Of a stretch of DNA of 64,000 nt, positions 1 to 9,639 are shown one piece after another (within the stretch, counting starts at the first letter, position 1; the number at the start of each line of letters is the position of its first letter). The notes below the pieces were generated by a model. The model worked only from the letters and a program-made list of their open reading frames with translations. It ran no database searches and was not told the DNA's origin. The stretch spans positions 224,001 to 288,000 of the forward strand of contig JANRJK010000013.1 in assembly GCA_033764015.1 (NCBI GenBank), given 5' to 3'. Made by a program: the position numbers and the translations under genes. This DNA is from Candidatus Sumerlaeia bacterium (GTDB lineage: Bacteria; Sumerlaeota; Sumerlaeia; SLMS01; JANRJK01).

Positions 1-509
1 TGCTGCTCGGGAACGGGTTGGTGATCGGGTGCCTGCCGCTGCTGTACCTGTTCATCACGCCGGAGGACCTGTCGCTCTACTGGTTCGACGCGGTGGTGAC
101 GGGCATCGCGTGGTCGGGGTTCAACGTCGCGCTGTTCAACCTGCCGCTGCAGGTCGTGCCGCTGCGGGACCGGGCGTACTACCTCGCGATCACGTCGATG
201 GTGGGCGGGATCGGGATGGGCGCGGGGAACGTGCTGGGCGGCTTCGTCGCGAACGCGATCGGGGGTTCGACGCTCGACCTGTTCGGCTACGCCTGGAACA
301 ACTACCAGGTGATGTTCATCCTGACGACGGTGCTGCGGTACGGGGCGCTGCTGCTGTTCCTGCGGGTGCCGGACCGCCGGAACCGGGGCATGTTCGTGTT
401 CATGCAGGAACTCGGCGAAGGCGTGCAGCGGCTGGTGACGGCGCCCCGTTCGCTGCTGCTGCTCGGGACGCGCTCGCCGAAGCGCCGGCGCCGCCGCGCG
501 GCGGGGTGA
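1..509 (+). CDS. MFS-type transporter, C-terminal part (5' truncated by window edge)
   Basis: Frame open from the window start. Successive TM helices, MFS-like 'GIAWSGFNVALFNL...RDRAYYLAITSMVGGIGMGAGNVLGG' and a basic C-tail. Confidence 0.75.
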   Translation, partial: LLGNGLVIGCLPLLYLFITPEDLSLYWFDAVVTGIAWSGFNVALFNLPLQVVPLRDRAYYLAITSMVGGIGMGAGNVLGGFVANAIGGSTLDLFGYAWNNYQVMFILTTVLRYGALLLFLRVPDRRNRGMFVFMQELGEGVQRLVTAPRSLLLLGTRSPKRRRRRAAG

Positions 510-576
510 GCCGGATCCCCGCTTTACGCAAGGGGCCGCGCCGTGCGAGCACCTCCACTCGGACGGAGCGAAGCCC

Positions 577-1158
577 ATGGCCACCCTGATCACCCTCATC
601 ATCGACTGGTTGCCGGTCATCTTCGTCGCGGCGGGAGCCGCGGCCTTCCTGGTGATGCTTCGGCGGAACTCGCGCGAGCTCGGCGCGATGCAGTCGCAGC
701 TCGAGGAGCAGGAGGCTCGCTTCGCGCGGGAAGCGGCGAAGGCCGCGGAGGCGGGCGCGCCGCCGTCGGCGCCGCCGGAGCCGCGACGGCCCGCGATTCC
801 CGCCGCGGCGCCCGAGCCTGCCGCGGGGCCCGAGCCGGCCGCGCCGCAGCCCTACCTCGCCGCGCCCCAGGCGGCGACCGTCGAATCCATCGCGAAGAAG
901 CTGCAGGGGCTCGGGGTCGCCACGAACTACGAGGGACCGATCGCGCTGCCGGTGCCTCCGAACGGCGCGGTTTACCGGCTGAAGAAGGGCGGGCTGGTCG
1001 GCGTCCTTCCGCGCTTGGAAAGCGAGCAGACCCTGGTGCACCTTGCGCGTCGCTACGACATGATTATCTGCGCCACCGCGACCGGCGAGGCGGTCGTGTT
1101 CGAGCGTCTGGATGCGCGCTTGGTGGGGATGGTGGACGGGCCGGCGGCATTCCGCTAA
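577..1158 (+). CDS. Hypothetical membrane-anchored protein (N-terminal TM, Pro/Ala linker, small C-terminal domain)
   Basis: GGAG upstream of the ATG, GC3-rich codons, N-terminal hydrophobic segment. Confidence 0.7.
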   Translation: MATLITLIIDWLPVIFVAAGAAAFLVMLRRNSRELGAMQSQLEEQEARFAREAAKAAEAGAPPSAPPEPRRPAIPAAAPEPAAGPEPAAPQPYLAAPQAATVESIAKKLQGLGVATNYEGPIALPVPPNGAVYRLKKGGLVGVLPRLESEQTLVHLARRYDMIICATATGEAVVFERLDARLVGMVDGPAAFR

Positions 1159-1173
1159 CCCGTCCGGGCGGGG

Positions 1174-1746
1174 TTACTGCGCGACGGGGAGTTCGACGGC
1201 GACACCGAGGGCCGGTGTGCGCAGGTTCGTCGAGCCGGGCTGCGAGGCGATGACGAAGTAGAAGCCGGGCTCCAAGTAGGCGCCGGGCATATCGACGGCG
1301 AAGCTGTCGGCCGCGGCCCAGACCGGGATGTCGAGCTTGGCGTCGACGGACTGGCCGGGCGCGAGCGTCACCTCGCTCTGCATCTGCTGGAACATCATGC
1401 CCTTGGACCAGTAGGCGACCGGTTCGCGGCCCTCGGGGTCCTTGGAAACGACCATCTCGAAGCGCTGGCTGGTGGGCCACATGAGGTGCTGCGGCTCGGC
1501 GGAGCTGTTCATCAGCGAAACGTTTGCGGAGATGGCGCCCCCGGGGGCGACGCGGGTGTCGGCGAGTTGGACCGTGAGGCGCATGCCGAGGCGCTCCTGC
1601 GAGATGGTCTTCGGCCACTGCCCGGGGTCGAGCACGCGTTGCGTGATCTCGCCGGCGTCCTGCATGGCGGAGTCGTTCGAGGCGCACCCGGCGGAGAAGA
1701 GGGCGGCGGCGCAGCCGATCAGGATGGCGGCGGTGCGAAGCTTCAT
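1174..1746 (-). CDS. Lipoprotein with BsuPI-like (intracellular proteinase inhibitor family) Ig-like domain
   Basis: MKLRTAAILIGCAAALFSAG-C lipobox. 'N..AEPQHLMWPTSQRFEMVV...YWSKGMMFQQMQSEVTLAPGQS' matches the BsuPI-domain pattern. Confidence 0.7.
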   Translation of the reverse strand: MKLRTAAILIGCAAALFSAGCASNDSAMQDAGEITQRVLDPGQWPKTISQERLGMRLTVQLADTRVAPGGAISANVSLMNSSAEPQHLMWPTSQRFEMVVSKDPEGREPVAYWSKGMMFQQMQSEVTLAPGQSVDAKLDIPVWAAADSFAVDMPGAYLEPGFYFVIASQPGSTNLRTPALGVAVELPVAQ

Positions 1747-1751
1747 AGCGG

Positions 1752-3083
1752 TCACTCCAAGGGCGGGGGCGCGGGGCCCCAGTCTGGTTGGCGGTTCTGT
1801 CCGATGGTGGTAATCTGTTGCTGGTTGGTGCCGTCGTCGAGCATCAAATAGACCTGCCATTGGCCGCTGCGGTTGGATGCGAAGGCGATGTGCCTCCCTC
1901 CGGGAGCCCAGGACGGGCTGGCGTTGTCGCCCTGGTTCTGCGTGAGGCGGCGGAATCGCTGCGGCTCCGCGGCTTCGAAATCGTAAACGTAGATGTCGCT
2001 GCGTCCGCCGCTGCGGGAGACGAAGGCGATGCGCTTGCCGTCGGGGGACCAGGAGGGCGCGTCGTTCCACGAGCCCTTGGGGGTGAGGCGCTGCCGTCCG
2101 GAGCCGTCGGCGCCCATGAGGAATATCTGCACGCCCCCCGCCTCGTCGGAGGCGAAGGCGATGCGCGACCCGTCCGGCGACCAGACGGCGCTGCCCTCGG
2201 TGGCCTTGCTGGTGCTAAGGCGGCGCAGGCCGCCGCCCTCGCGGTTCGCGGTGTAGATTTCGGAGTTGCCGTCCTTGGAGAGCACCATGAGGAGGCGCCC
2301 GGCGGCTTCGCTCCACGCGGGGGAGTGGTTCGTGCCCCCATACGCCGCGATCACCCACTGCGAGCCGCTCGTGAGTTGCTGGCCCATCAGGCGGGCCCGG
2401 TTACCGGCATAGGAGCCGTAGTAGAACTCCGTGCCGCGGGCGCCCCACTCGGGGCTGGAGCAGATGCTCCCGAAGCGCGTGAGGGCGCGCGGGTTGAAGC
2501 CGTCCGAGTCGACGATGGCGATCTCCTTCACGCCGCGGACCTGCTCGTTGACGAAGAGCATCTTGGTCTGCGCGAAGCCTTGCATGCCCTTCACGTAGAG
2601 GACGACCTCGTCGGAGATACGGTGCGCGAGGCGGCGCTCCTCCGCGGCGGTGTCGGTGAAGAAGCGCTCGAAGATGAGGGACCTCGTGGCGATGTCGTAC
2701 AGGAGGACCCGGACGCGCATGTTGCCGCCCTCGCGGGCGACACGGCCCATCAGGTACTGCTCGACGCCCATCGCCTCCCATGCGGCGAAGTCCACCGTGC
2801 CGCCGCGCCCGTCGCGCAGGTTCTGGCGGTTCGCCTCGACCGTGTCGGCGGGGAACTTGAAGAGGCCGGTGAGCTCGAGGTCGCGGCGGATGACGCGGGG
2901 GAGCGTCTCGATGTTCACGCCGACGTTGTCCTCCACGTTGAAGGGGGCCACCATGATGGAGGACTTGGTGTAGAGGGCGCGGGGCTTGATGACGCCGAGG
3001 TCGACGGCGTCCTGCGCGGGGGCGGGGGCCAGCGTGGCGAAGAGGCAGAGCAGGAGCGCGAGAACACTTGCAGCGGTACGCAT
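1752..3083 (-). CDS. tolB: Tol-Pal system beta-propeller protein TolB
   Basis: Signal peptide, TolB_N-like segment ('IRRDLELTGLF', 'RRLAHRISDEV'), and several PD40 repeats (SPAWS, WSPDGSRIAFAS, WSPDGKRIAFVS). Confidence 0.85.
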   Translation of the reverse strand: MRTAASVLALLLCLFATLAPAPAQDAVDLGVIKPRALYTKSSIMVAPFNVEDNVGVNIETLPRVIRRDLELTGLFKFPADTVEANRQNLRDGRGGTVDFAAWEAMGVEQYLMGRVAREGGNMRVRVLLYDIATRSLIFERFFTDTAAEERRLAHRISDEVVLYVKGMQGFAQTKMLFVNEQVRGVKEIAIVDSDGFNPRALTRFGSICSSPEWGARGTEFYYGSYAGNRARLMGQQLTSGSQWVIAAYGGTNHSPAWSEAAGRLLMVLSKDGNSEIYTANREGGGLRRLSTSKATEGSAVWSPDGSRIAFASDEAGGVQIFLMGADGSGRQRLTPKGSWNDAPSWSPDGKRIAFVSRSGGRSDIYVYDFEAAEPQRFRRLTQNQGDNASPSWAPGGRHIAFASNRSGQWQVYLMLDDGTNQQQITTIGQNRQPDWGPAPPPLE

Positions 3084-3275
3084 CGCGGGTCGCAACTGTG
3101 GGGGATTTGGGGCGGAAGGGGGGCCCGCGGGCATCCGCGGGACCGACGCTACCGACCCGATTCCGGTTCGCCGTGGTTGACAGATGCAACGGCAAACCGG
3201 CTAGTGGTGGAAGCACGCGCCGCGGTCGGCGCCAACATCCGAAGTCGCGCGCGCGCAAGCCGCGGAGGCTGGCCC

Positions 3276-4019
3276 ATGAACGAGATCGACCCCTCGAAAT
3301 TCAAAGGCGACGGCTCGGCCCCTGAGGTTACCGAGCTCGAGTCCCCGAACATCCCGGACTACTCCTACGCCGCGCAGGGCGACCGGGTGCCGGAGCTCGG
3401 CAGCGAGAAGCGGTTCAACGACGACCTCGCGCGGATGTACGTGCAGCCGAAGAGCTACGAGAAGCAGGAGCGCGCCGCGAAGATCGCGGACTACCAGGCC
3501 AACCAGAAGAACCCCGCCAGCGGCCTCGTGAAGTTCCTCCTGTTCTTCGTGCTCCTCGCCGTCGCCGCCGGCGCGGCCTCCTTCTTCATCAAGGTGCCGG
3601 TGCTCGACGAGTACGGCACCGAGCGCAGCGCGCCGCTCTATGCGTGGGCCCTGCACATGCAGAGCCGCTCCGAGCGGGTGGCGATGCTCGAGTCCATGGA
3701 GCCGGCCTACCGCTCCTACTTCCTGACCCGCGAGCGCGTGAACACCATCTACACCGCGGCCAGCAACCACGCCTCCGCCGGGAACCCCGTGCCGACCATC
3801 AACCAGCTCGTCGGCCTCGGGCTGGTCGCGCAGGCGCAGACCGTGGACGGCTTCGGCAACCCGATCGAGATTTTCGGGCGCGACCTCATCAAGGTGGTCG
3901 CCCCGGGGCGCGACGGCGTCGCCAACTCCTTCGACGACGTCGTCAACGAGAACGGGCGCCTGCGCGTCCCCGACGAGATGATCACCCTCGAGATGCAGAT
4001 CCGGGATTCGGCGAGGTAG
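3276..4019 (+). CDS. Membrane protein with C-terminal GspG/pseudopilin-like motif
   Basis: GGAGG RBS and a single TM (KFLLFFVLLAVAAGAASFFI). C-terminal 'DGFGNPI...VVAPGRDGVANSFDDV' resembles GspG 'DPWGxPY...SxGxDG...DDI'. Confidence 0.6.
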   Translation: MNEIDPSKFKGDGSAPEVTELESPNIPDYSYAAQGDRVPELGSEKRFNDDLARMYVQPKSYEKQERAAKIADYQANQKNPASGLVKFLLFFVLLAVAAGAASFFIKVPVLDEYGTERSAPLYAWALHMQSRSERVAMLESMEPAYRSYFLTRERVNTIYTAASNHASAGNPVPTINQLVGLGLVAQAQTVDGFGNPIEIFGRDLIKVVAPGRDGVANSFDDVVNENGRLRVPDEMITLEMQIRDSAR

Positions 4020-4088
4020 GGCCTCCGGTTGCCGAACCGGCGCGCTTGTCGCACAACTTGCTTCGAGACCAACCGGAGCAACCCCACC

Positions 4089-5918
4089 GTGACCCTGCGA
4101 ACCCTCCTTGCGGCGGCCGCGGCGCTTTGCGCCCTCCCCGCCCCCGCCCAGCTCATCATCACCGAAGTCCTTCCCGGCGTCGTCACCTCCGGCGACGCCG
4201 GCGACACCGTCGAGCTGTTCAACGCCGGCGTCGCGCCTATCGACCTCACGGACCACATCCTGACCGACTTCGACGACGCGTCGATCGAGTCGAACCTCGC
4301 GAACGAGGGCACCTTCGCCCCAGCGTCGCTGTCGCTGCCGGCGCTTCAGCCCGGCGAGTTCGCCGTCGTCGTCTTCGTCGACCAGTCGCTGAACCCGACC
4401 CCTTCCTTCATCGAGACCAACTTCGGCCTGCGCATCATCGCGCCCGTCGTCCCGGCGGGGGAGAACCTCCTCTCGAACACCTACGAGCAGCTCGGCCTGT
4501 TCGACCCGGCCCTCGAGCCGCTCGACTTCGTCGCGTGGCACGACACCGCGGCGGTGCTGAGCCCCACGCTGGAGGCGGACACCCTTGAGGACCTCGCCGC
4601 GATCACCGGCCCCACCGGCGACCATGGCGTGGACGTCGCCACGCTGGCTTGGAACGGGCCGGACGCGATCCCGGACCTCGCGGCCTACCAGGCCAACACC
4701 ATCGACTTCTCGGCGGTGTCGGGTGCCTCCACCTACGGACAAGGCGTCCTCCGCCGCAGGTCCACCGCGGGCGTCTTCACCGTCTCGGCGCCGCGCGCGT
4801 CGACCGACTGGGAGGCGCTGCCGCGGGACCGCGCGACGCTCGGAAATGCCTCGGACGATGTGCCCACGGCGGACGGTTTCCAGCCCTTCCGCATCACGGA
4901 CGACTTGGCCGCGTGGGTTGGCGAGCTTGATTCGAGCTTCCACCCGGAGCGTCGCATCGCCCGCGGCGAGGACCTGCTGACGCCCGAGTTCGCCACGGCG
5001 GACGGCACGGACCAAGCCGCCTTCACCGCCATCATCGACCGGATGCTGGCGGGGGAGTACGAGGGCGCCTTCGCCGACGCCATCGCGCAAGGCTACGAAG
5101 TGGTCGAGTTCCTCGACACCGCAAGCAACCGCACGCGGTACCTCCTGCGCGAGCGCGTGATTCCCGGCGGCGCGGGCTTCCGCGGGCAGGGCATCTTCAT
5201 CGTCGACAACGGCCCGGGCGTGCGGAACGCGCTCTGCGTGCAGGCGCCGCACCCGATCTTCGACGGCATGACGTTGGACCAGGCCGGGCGGTCGCTCGCG
5301 TTCCTGCGCCCGCGCCTCGTGATGATCGCCGGGGCGCGCCGCACCAATGCGGCCGCGACCACCCTCTGCGACGGCACCTTCGCCGGCGGCGCGCCGTACC
5401 GCATCAGCGACGTCGCCCACCATCCCGACAACTTCTTCCACGCCACGCACGTGCACCTCGACGCGGCGCTGTCAGGCTTCACGGCGATCCAGCTCCACGG
5501 ATTCTGCTGCCCGGGCGACGCGGACTATCCGACGCTCACCGACGACGTGGTGGTTTCGAACGGCATCACCGCCGCGCCGTCCCCCGGGGGGCTTGCGGAG
5601 ACCATCGCCGCGCGCATCGCCGCGCAGAACTACTCCGCCGTCGACGGCATGCCGGGCGGCGACCTCACCACCGCGGCGCTGCACGGCGTTGACACGGCCG
5701 TGCTCGGCGGGACGAACAACCTCCAGGGACGCGTGACCAACGGCGTCGCCGCGGGCCTCGAGTGCAACACCGCCGCCGCGGGACCCGCCAGCGAGCGCTT
5801 CATCCACATCGAGCAGGACCCGGACGTGCGCGAGGAGCCGGATCACATCCTGACCGCGATCGACGAGGCCCTCTCGATCACCTCTCGCGTGGAGGATTGG
5901 CGGCAACTCGGGGAGTGA
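4089..5918 (+). CDS. Secreted protein: lamin-tail-like N-domain plus putative metallohydrolase domain, ending in VEDWRQLGE
   Basis: GTG start after GGAG and an APA-Q signal peptide. LTD-like 'LIITEV...DTVELFN...IDL'. His-rich motifs QAPHP, SDVAHH, QLHGF, FIHIEQ. Confidence 0.65.
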   Translation: MTLRTLLAAAAALCALPAPAQLIITEVLPGVVTSGDAGDTVELFNAGVAPIDLTDHILTDFDDASIESNLANEGTFAPASLSLPALQPGEFAVVVFVDQSLNPTPSFIETNFGLRIIAPVVPAGENLLSNTYEQLGLFDPALEPLDFVAWHDTAAVLSPTLEADTLEDLAAITGPTGDHGVDVATLAWNGPDAIPDLAAYQANTIDFSAVSGASTYGQGVLRRRSTAGVFTVSAPRASTDWEALPRDRATLGNASDDVPTADGFQPFRITDDLAAWVGELDSSFHPERRIARGEDLLTPEFATADGTDQAAFTAIIDRMLAGEYEGAFADAIAQGYEVVEFLDTASNRTRYLLRERVIPGGAGFRGQGIFIVDNGPGVRNALCVQAPHPIFDGMTLDQAGRSLAFLRPRLVMIAGARRTNAAATTLCDGTFAGGAPYRISDVAHHPDNFFHATHVHLDAALSGFTAIQLHGFCCPGDADYPTLTDDVVVSNGITAAPSPGGLAETIAARIAAQNYSAVDGMPGGDLTTAALHGVDTAVLGGTNNLQGRVTNGVAAGLECNTAAAGPASERFIHIEQDPDVREEPDHILTAIDEALSITSRVEDWRQLGE

Positions 5919-8310
5919 GGCGGGGCCTCCGGGCTCCCTCGATGAGAGCGAGCCCGACAACGGCCGCGGCGAATGCCAGCGACACCGGGACCGTGAGACC
6001 CCAGCGCGGCGGGCGGTAGCGCCACTCGAACACCGTCCTCCCCGCTGGCACCGGCACCGCCTGCATCAGCCCGTACGCCACCGCGGTCGGGCGCCACTCG
6101 CCGAACTCGTCGGTCGCTTCCGGGTAGCGGTACTCGCATCCGGGCCAGTGGACCTGGCGGATCAAGAGCAGCCCCGGGCGTTCCGTCTCGAGGCGGAAGC
6201 GGCGGAACGACACTCCCTTGTTGAGTGGCGTGATCTTGCCGCGCGTCTCCAGTTCCGAATCGGGTGATGGAAGGGAAACGAGGTGCGGGTAGTCGGCCGC
6301 GATGGGGACCTTCCGCAGGACCGGCGGGGGCAGGACGCCGTCCTCGTTGCGGAGCCGCTGGTGCGATTGCCAACCTGCCGCGACCGCCTCCCAGGATGGC
6401 GCCCAGTCGAGCAGTGGGCGTGCATGCAGGAGCCTTGCGAGGAGTTCGCTGCCCCCCGATGCGCGCGCCTCCACCGCGATGCGCCCTCGCGAGAGATTGA
6501 GGTCCCAGTTCGCCAGGTCCTCGCCGCGCAGGAACTTGGTATCGATGTGGAAGTGGCTGACCCCCATCAGTTCGAGCGCATCGGGCGCCCGGAGGTAGAG
6601 ACTCCCGAGCCATGTGCCCCCATGGGAGCCGACACCGAGCGCTTCGGGCAGGCGGCGGCTCAGCATCGGGCAGGCGCCCGCGAGGTTCGGGATACCCATG
6701 AACACCGTGCAGTTGCCGGCGACGTCGGATGCGGGCCGGTTCGCGGGATCAAGCGGTGCGATCATCGCCAGCCGTTGGATCGTGGTTGGCTCCACTTTCG
6801 AAAGCACAGGGTGGGAGGCGGCGCTTGCGAAGAAGTCGGGCCGCCGCGGCACCCAGTCGAAGCGGGTAGCGATCATGCGCCATTCCGCGCACAGCAGCGC
6901 GGCGAGGGCGGCGACGCGAAGCCTCGGGAACCGGTTTCCAGCGGTGAGCAGCGCGAATCCGCCCGCAAGGAACGCCGCATGGGCGAGCAGCAGCGCGTCG
7001 CCGGACGAGAGGCGCTCCCACAAGGCGGCGCCTGTGGTGCGGCCGTCGAGGAGCACGCTACGGAGGAATGTCGCGGCGCCGATGCTCGCTACGGCGGCGA
7101 GCGCGAACCCCGCCGCCGCCGTGGCCGCGCGTCCGCGGGCCGGGCGCCTCCAAAGCCCCGCCAAGCCGAATGCGGAGGTGGTCGCCGCGAACGCCGTGGC
7201 CAGGAACATCCACCGGGCGGGGACTCGGAAAAGGCTGAAGGGGGGCGTGTCGAACAGGAGCGCTCCATAGGGGAGTTCCGTTCCGCCGGCGACCGCCAGC
7301 GCGATCAGCCCTCCTAGGGTGAGATGCAGCACCTCGCGCCGGCGGCGCCAGCGCGAGCGCAGGGCCAGCAAGAGCGCGGCGGCCGCGAAGACCGCGAAGA
7401 CGGGGGGGATGTGGTTGAGCTGCTCGGCGGCGTAGTTTGACCCGTTCCATCCCGCGAGCGGCAGGCCGTAGATGGACGGTGCCAGGAACATGGCAAGGTA
7501 CGAGGGGGGGAAGGGCCCGTCGGCCCACTGGGCCAATGTGAGCGCCGAGCGCGGCGTCGAGGCCGCGTGGTCGATCCCGGAGACCAGAAGAAACACCATG
7601 CACCCCGCCCCTAGGAGCCCCCCGAATGCGACCGCGGCGGTCCCGGCGGCTGCCCGCCTCGAAACACGCAGGCGTCCCACCCAGTCCCATCCCACCCAAA
7701 GGACCGCGAACAGCGTATGCTGCAGGTAGCCGATGGAGATGTGCGCCGCGAAAGCCGCCGCGAAGAGCGCCGTCGATCCCGCGGATGCCCGCCGTTGCGC
7801 GCGGAGGGCGAGCCACCCGATCCATGGCGCGGCGGCGCCCGCCTCGGCCATCGACACGTGTCCGGCGTGGGCGAGGAAGAAACCGGAAAGCTGGAAGGCA
7901 AGCGCACCGCAAAGGGCGGGTCCCGGCGCCAGCAACCGACCGCGCCTCAAGTAGAGCAGCATTCCGACCCCCGCCAGCAGCGAGTGGAACACCGCGAGCA
8001 CATTCCCCGCGTCCACCGGCGCCAATAGGAGGTAAAGGGCGTTCGGCGGGTAGAGCGCGCCGACGTAGCCGGTCGAGAAAACAGGCATTCCGGAAAAGAT
8101 GCGGTCGGTCCAAAACGGGAACCCGTCAGTGACCCAAAGCCGCGCAACCTCCGCCCGCCATGCGAAGAAGTCGCCGAGGCGCTCGTCCCACATGGTGCCG
8201 CCAGTGAAAAACTGCGGGGTCTGTGCGAGGGCGCCCGCGAGGAGCGCGAGCCCACTGGTCCACCGCCAGTCCCCAGCTGGTCGTTCCGCCGCTTCGCGCC
8301 CCACCGTCAC
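5878..8310 (-). CDS. YfhO-family (GT-C-like) multi-pass membrane protein; start uncertain
   Basis: 'FPFWTDRIFSGMP...LYPPN', 'FRVPARW', and C-terminal 'VHWPG...GLMQAVPVPAG...WRYRP' followed by a TM; many TM helices. Confidence 0.7.
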   Translation of the reverse strand: MTVGREAAERPAGDWRWTSGLALLAGALAQTPQFFTGGTMWDERLGDFFAWRAEVARLWVTDGFPFWTDRIFSGMPVFSTGYVGALYPPNALYLLLAPVDAGNVLAVFHSLLAGVGMLLYLRRGRLLAPGPALCGALAFQLSGFFLAHAGHVSMAEAGAAAPWIGWLALRAQRRASAGSTALFAAAFAAHISIGYLQHTLFAVLWVGWDWVGRLRVSRRAAAGTAAVAFGGLLGAGCMVFLLVSGIDHAASTPRSALTLAQWADGPFPPSYLAMFLAPSIYGLPLAGWNGSNYAAEQLNHIPPVFAVFAAAALLLALRSRWRRRREVLHLTLGGLIALAVAGGTELPYGALLFDTPPFSLFRVPARWMFLATAFAATTSAFGLAGLWRRPARGRAATAAAGFALAAVASIGAATFLRSVLLDGRTTGAALWERLSSGDALLLAHAAFLAGGFALLTAGNRFPRLRVAALAALLCAEWRMIATRFDWVPRRPDFFASAASHPVLSKVEPTTIQRLAMIAPLDPANRPASDVAGNCTVFMGIPNLAGACPMLSRRLPEALGVGSHGGTWLGSLYLRAPDALELMGVSHFHIDTKFLRGEDLANWDLNLSRGRIAVEARASGGSELLARLLHARPLLDWAPSWEAVAAGWQSHQRLRNEDGVLPPPVLRKVPIAADYPHLVSLPSPDSELETRGKITPLNKGVSFRRFRLETERPGLLLIRQVHWPGCEYRYPEATDEFGEWRPTAVAYGLMQAVPVPAGRTVFEWRYRPPRWGLTVPVSLAFAAAVVGLALIEGARRPRLTPRVAANPPRER

Positions 8311-8436
8311 CTCGCTTATGCCGTTGCTCTCGAATCCGCCTCCGCCACTGTGGGGAGCAAATCGAATGGCGCGCCTAATGACCCCACAATTCAACGACGG
8401 TACCCGACGAGCCCCCCGCGCGCGCGGAGCGTTCCG

Positions 8437-9639
8437 GTGAGCGCACCCTCGATCCGCGCCGACGTCGTCGTCTTCGGCGGCGGCATCGCCGGCCTCTGGA
8501 CGCTCGAAGCGCTGGTGCGCGCGGGCTATGGCGCGGTGTTGCTCGAGGCGGCTTCGCTTGGCGCGGGGCAGACCATCTGGTCGCAGGGCATCATCCACGG
8601 CGGAGCGAAGTACACGCTCCGCGGGCTGTCGGACCGGCTGGCGCATGTGACGCGCGTGATCGCGGACATGCCGCGCGTGTGGTCCGAGGCGCTCGCGGGG
8701 CGCGGGCCCGGGCCGGACCTGTCGCGGACGCTGCTGCTCGCGCCCCATTGCCACCTGTGGCGCACCGGCGGCATGGCGTCCTGGGCGGGGATCCGCGCGG
8801 CGGGGCAGGTGCTCAAGACGCCTGTGGTCGAGCTGCCGCGCGCGGAATGGCCCGCCGCGCTCGCCGGCGTTCCCGGCGAAGTGTACCGCCTCGACGAGCA
8901 GGTCGTCTCGCCGCACAGCCTTGTCGCGGACTTCGCCACGCAGCACAGCGGGCGGTGCCTGCGCATCGCGCCCTCGCCGCTGGCCAACGCCACAGCGGAG
9001 GCGTCCGGAGTGCGCTTCGCCGCGACACTGCCGGACGGCTCGGAACTAGTCGTCGAGGCCGCGCGCGTGGTGCTCTGCGCGGGCGCGGGGAACGCCGCGC
9101 TTCGAGGGGCGTTCGGCCTCGATCCGCGCCGCCAGCAGATTCGCCCGCTCAAGATGGCCATGGTGCGCGGACCGGGCCTCACCGCGCTTCGCGGGCACTG
9201 CGTTGACGGCGCCAAGACGCGCGTGACCATCACGTCGGATACAGATTCGCAGGGCCGCACCGTTTGGCAGGTCGGCGGCCAGATTGCCGAGGATGCCCCC
9301 GGCATGGACGAAGCCGCGCTCCGGGCACGCGTCGTCGAGGAACTCCGCGCGACGATCCCCGGCGTGGACCTCGCCGGGCTCGAGGTGGCGTTCTACGAGG
9401 CGAACCGCGCCGAAGAGGCCACGGAGCAGGGCTTCCGTCCGGACGACGCCTCCGTGCTCGCGGAGGGCCCCGTGCTGACCGTGTGGCCGACGAAGCTCGC
9501 GCTGGCGCCGCGCGCGGCGGAGCTGGTGCTCGAGCGGCTCGCGGCGCCGCCCACCGGGCGGTGCGAACTCCCCGCCAACGCACCGCGTCCGGATGTGTGC
9601 CCGCCACCTTGGGAGACCGCCGCATGGACCCCCGCCTGA
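8437..9639 (+). CDS. FAD-dependent oxidoreductase (DAO-like; resembles Pseudomonas PA4991 family)
   Basis: GxGxxG motif 'VVFGGGIAG', 'LGAGQTIWSQGIIHGGAKY', C-terminal 'WPTKLALAP'. Confidence 0.8.
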   Translation: MSAPSIRADVVVFGGGIAGLWTLEALVRAGYGAVLLEAASLGAGQTIWSQGIIHGGAKYTLRGLSDRLAHVTRVIADMPRVWSEALAGRGPGPDLSRTLLLAPHCHLWRTGGMASWAGIRAAGQVLKTPVVELPRAEWPAALAGVPGEVYRLDEQVVSPHSLVADFATQHSGRCLRIAPSPLANATAEASGVRFAATLPDGSELVVEAARVVLCAGAGNAALRGAFGLDPRRQQIRPLKMAMVRGPGLTALRGHCVDGAKTRVTITSDTDSQGRTVWQVGGQIAEDAPGMDEAALRARVVEELRATIPGVDLAGLEVAFYEANRAEEATEQGFRPDDASVLAEGPVLTVWPTKLALAPRAAELVLERLAAPPTGRCELPANAPRPDVCPPPWETAAWTPA

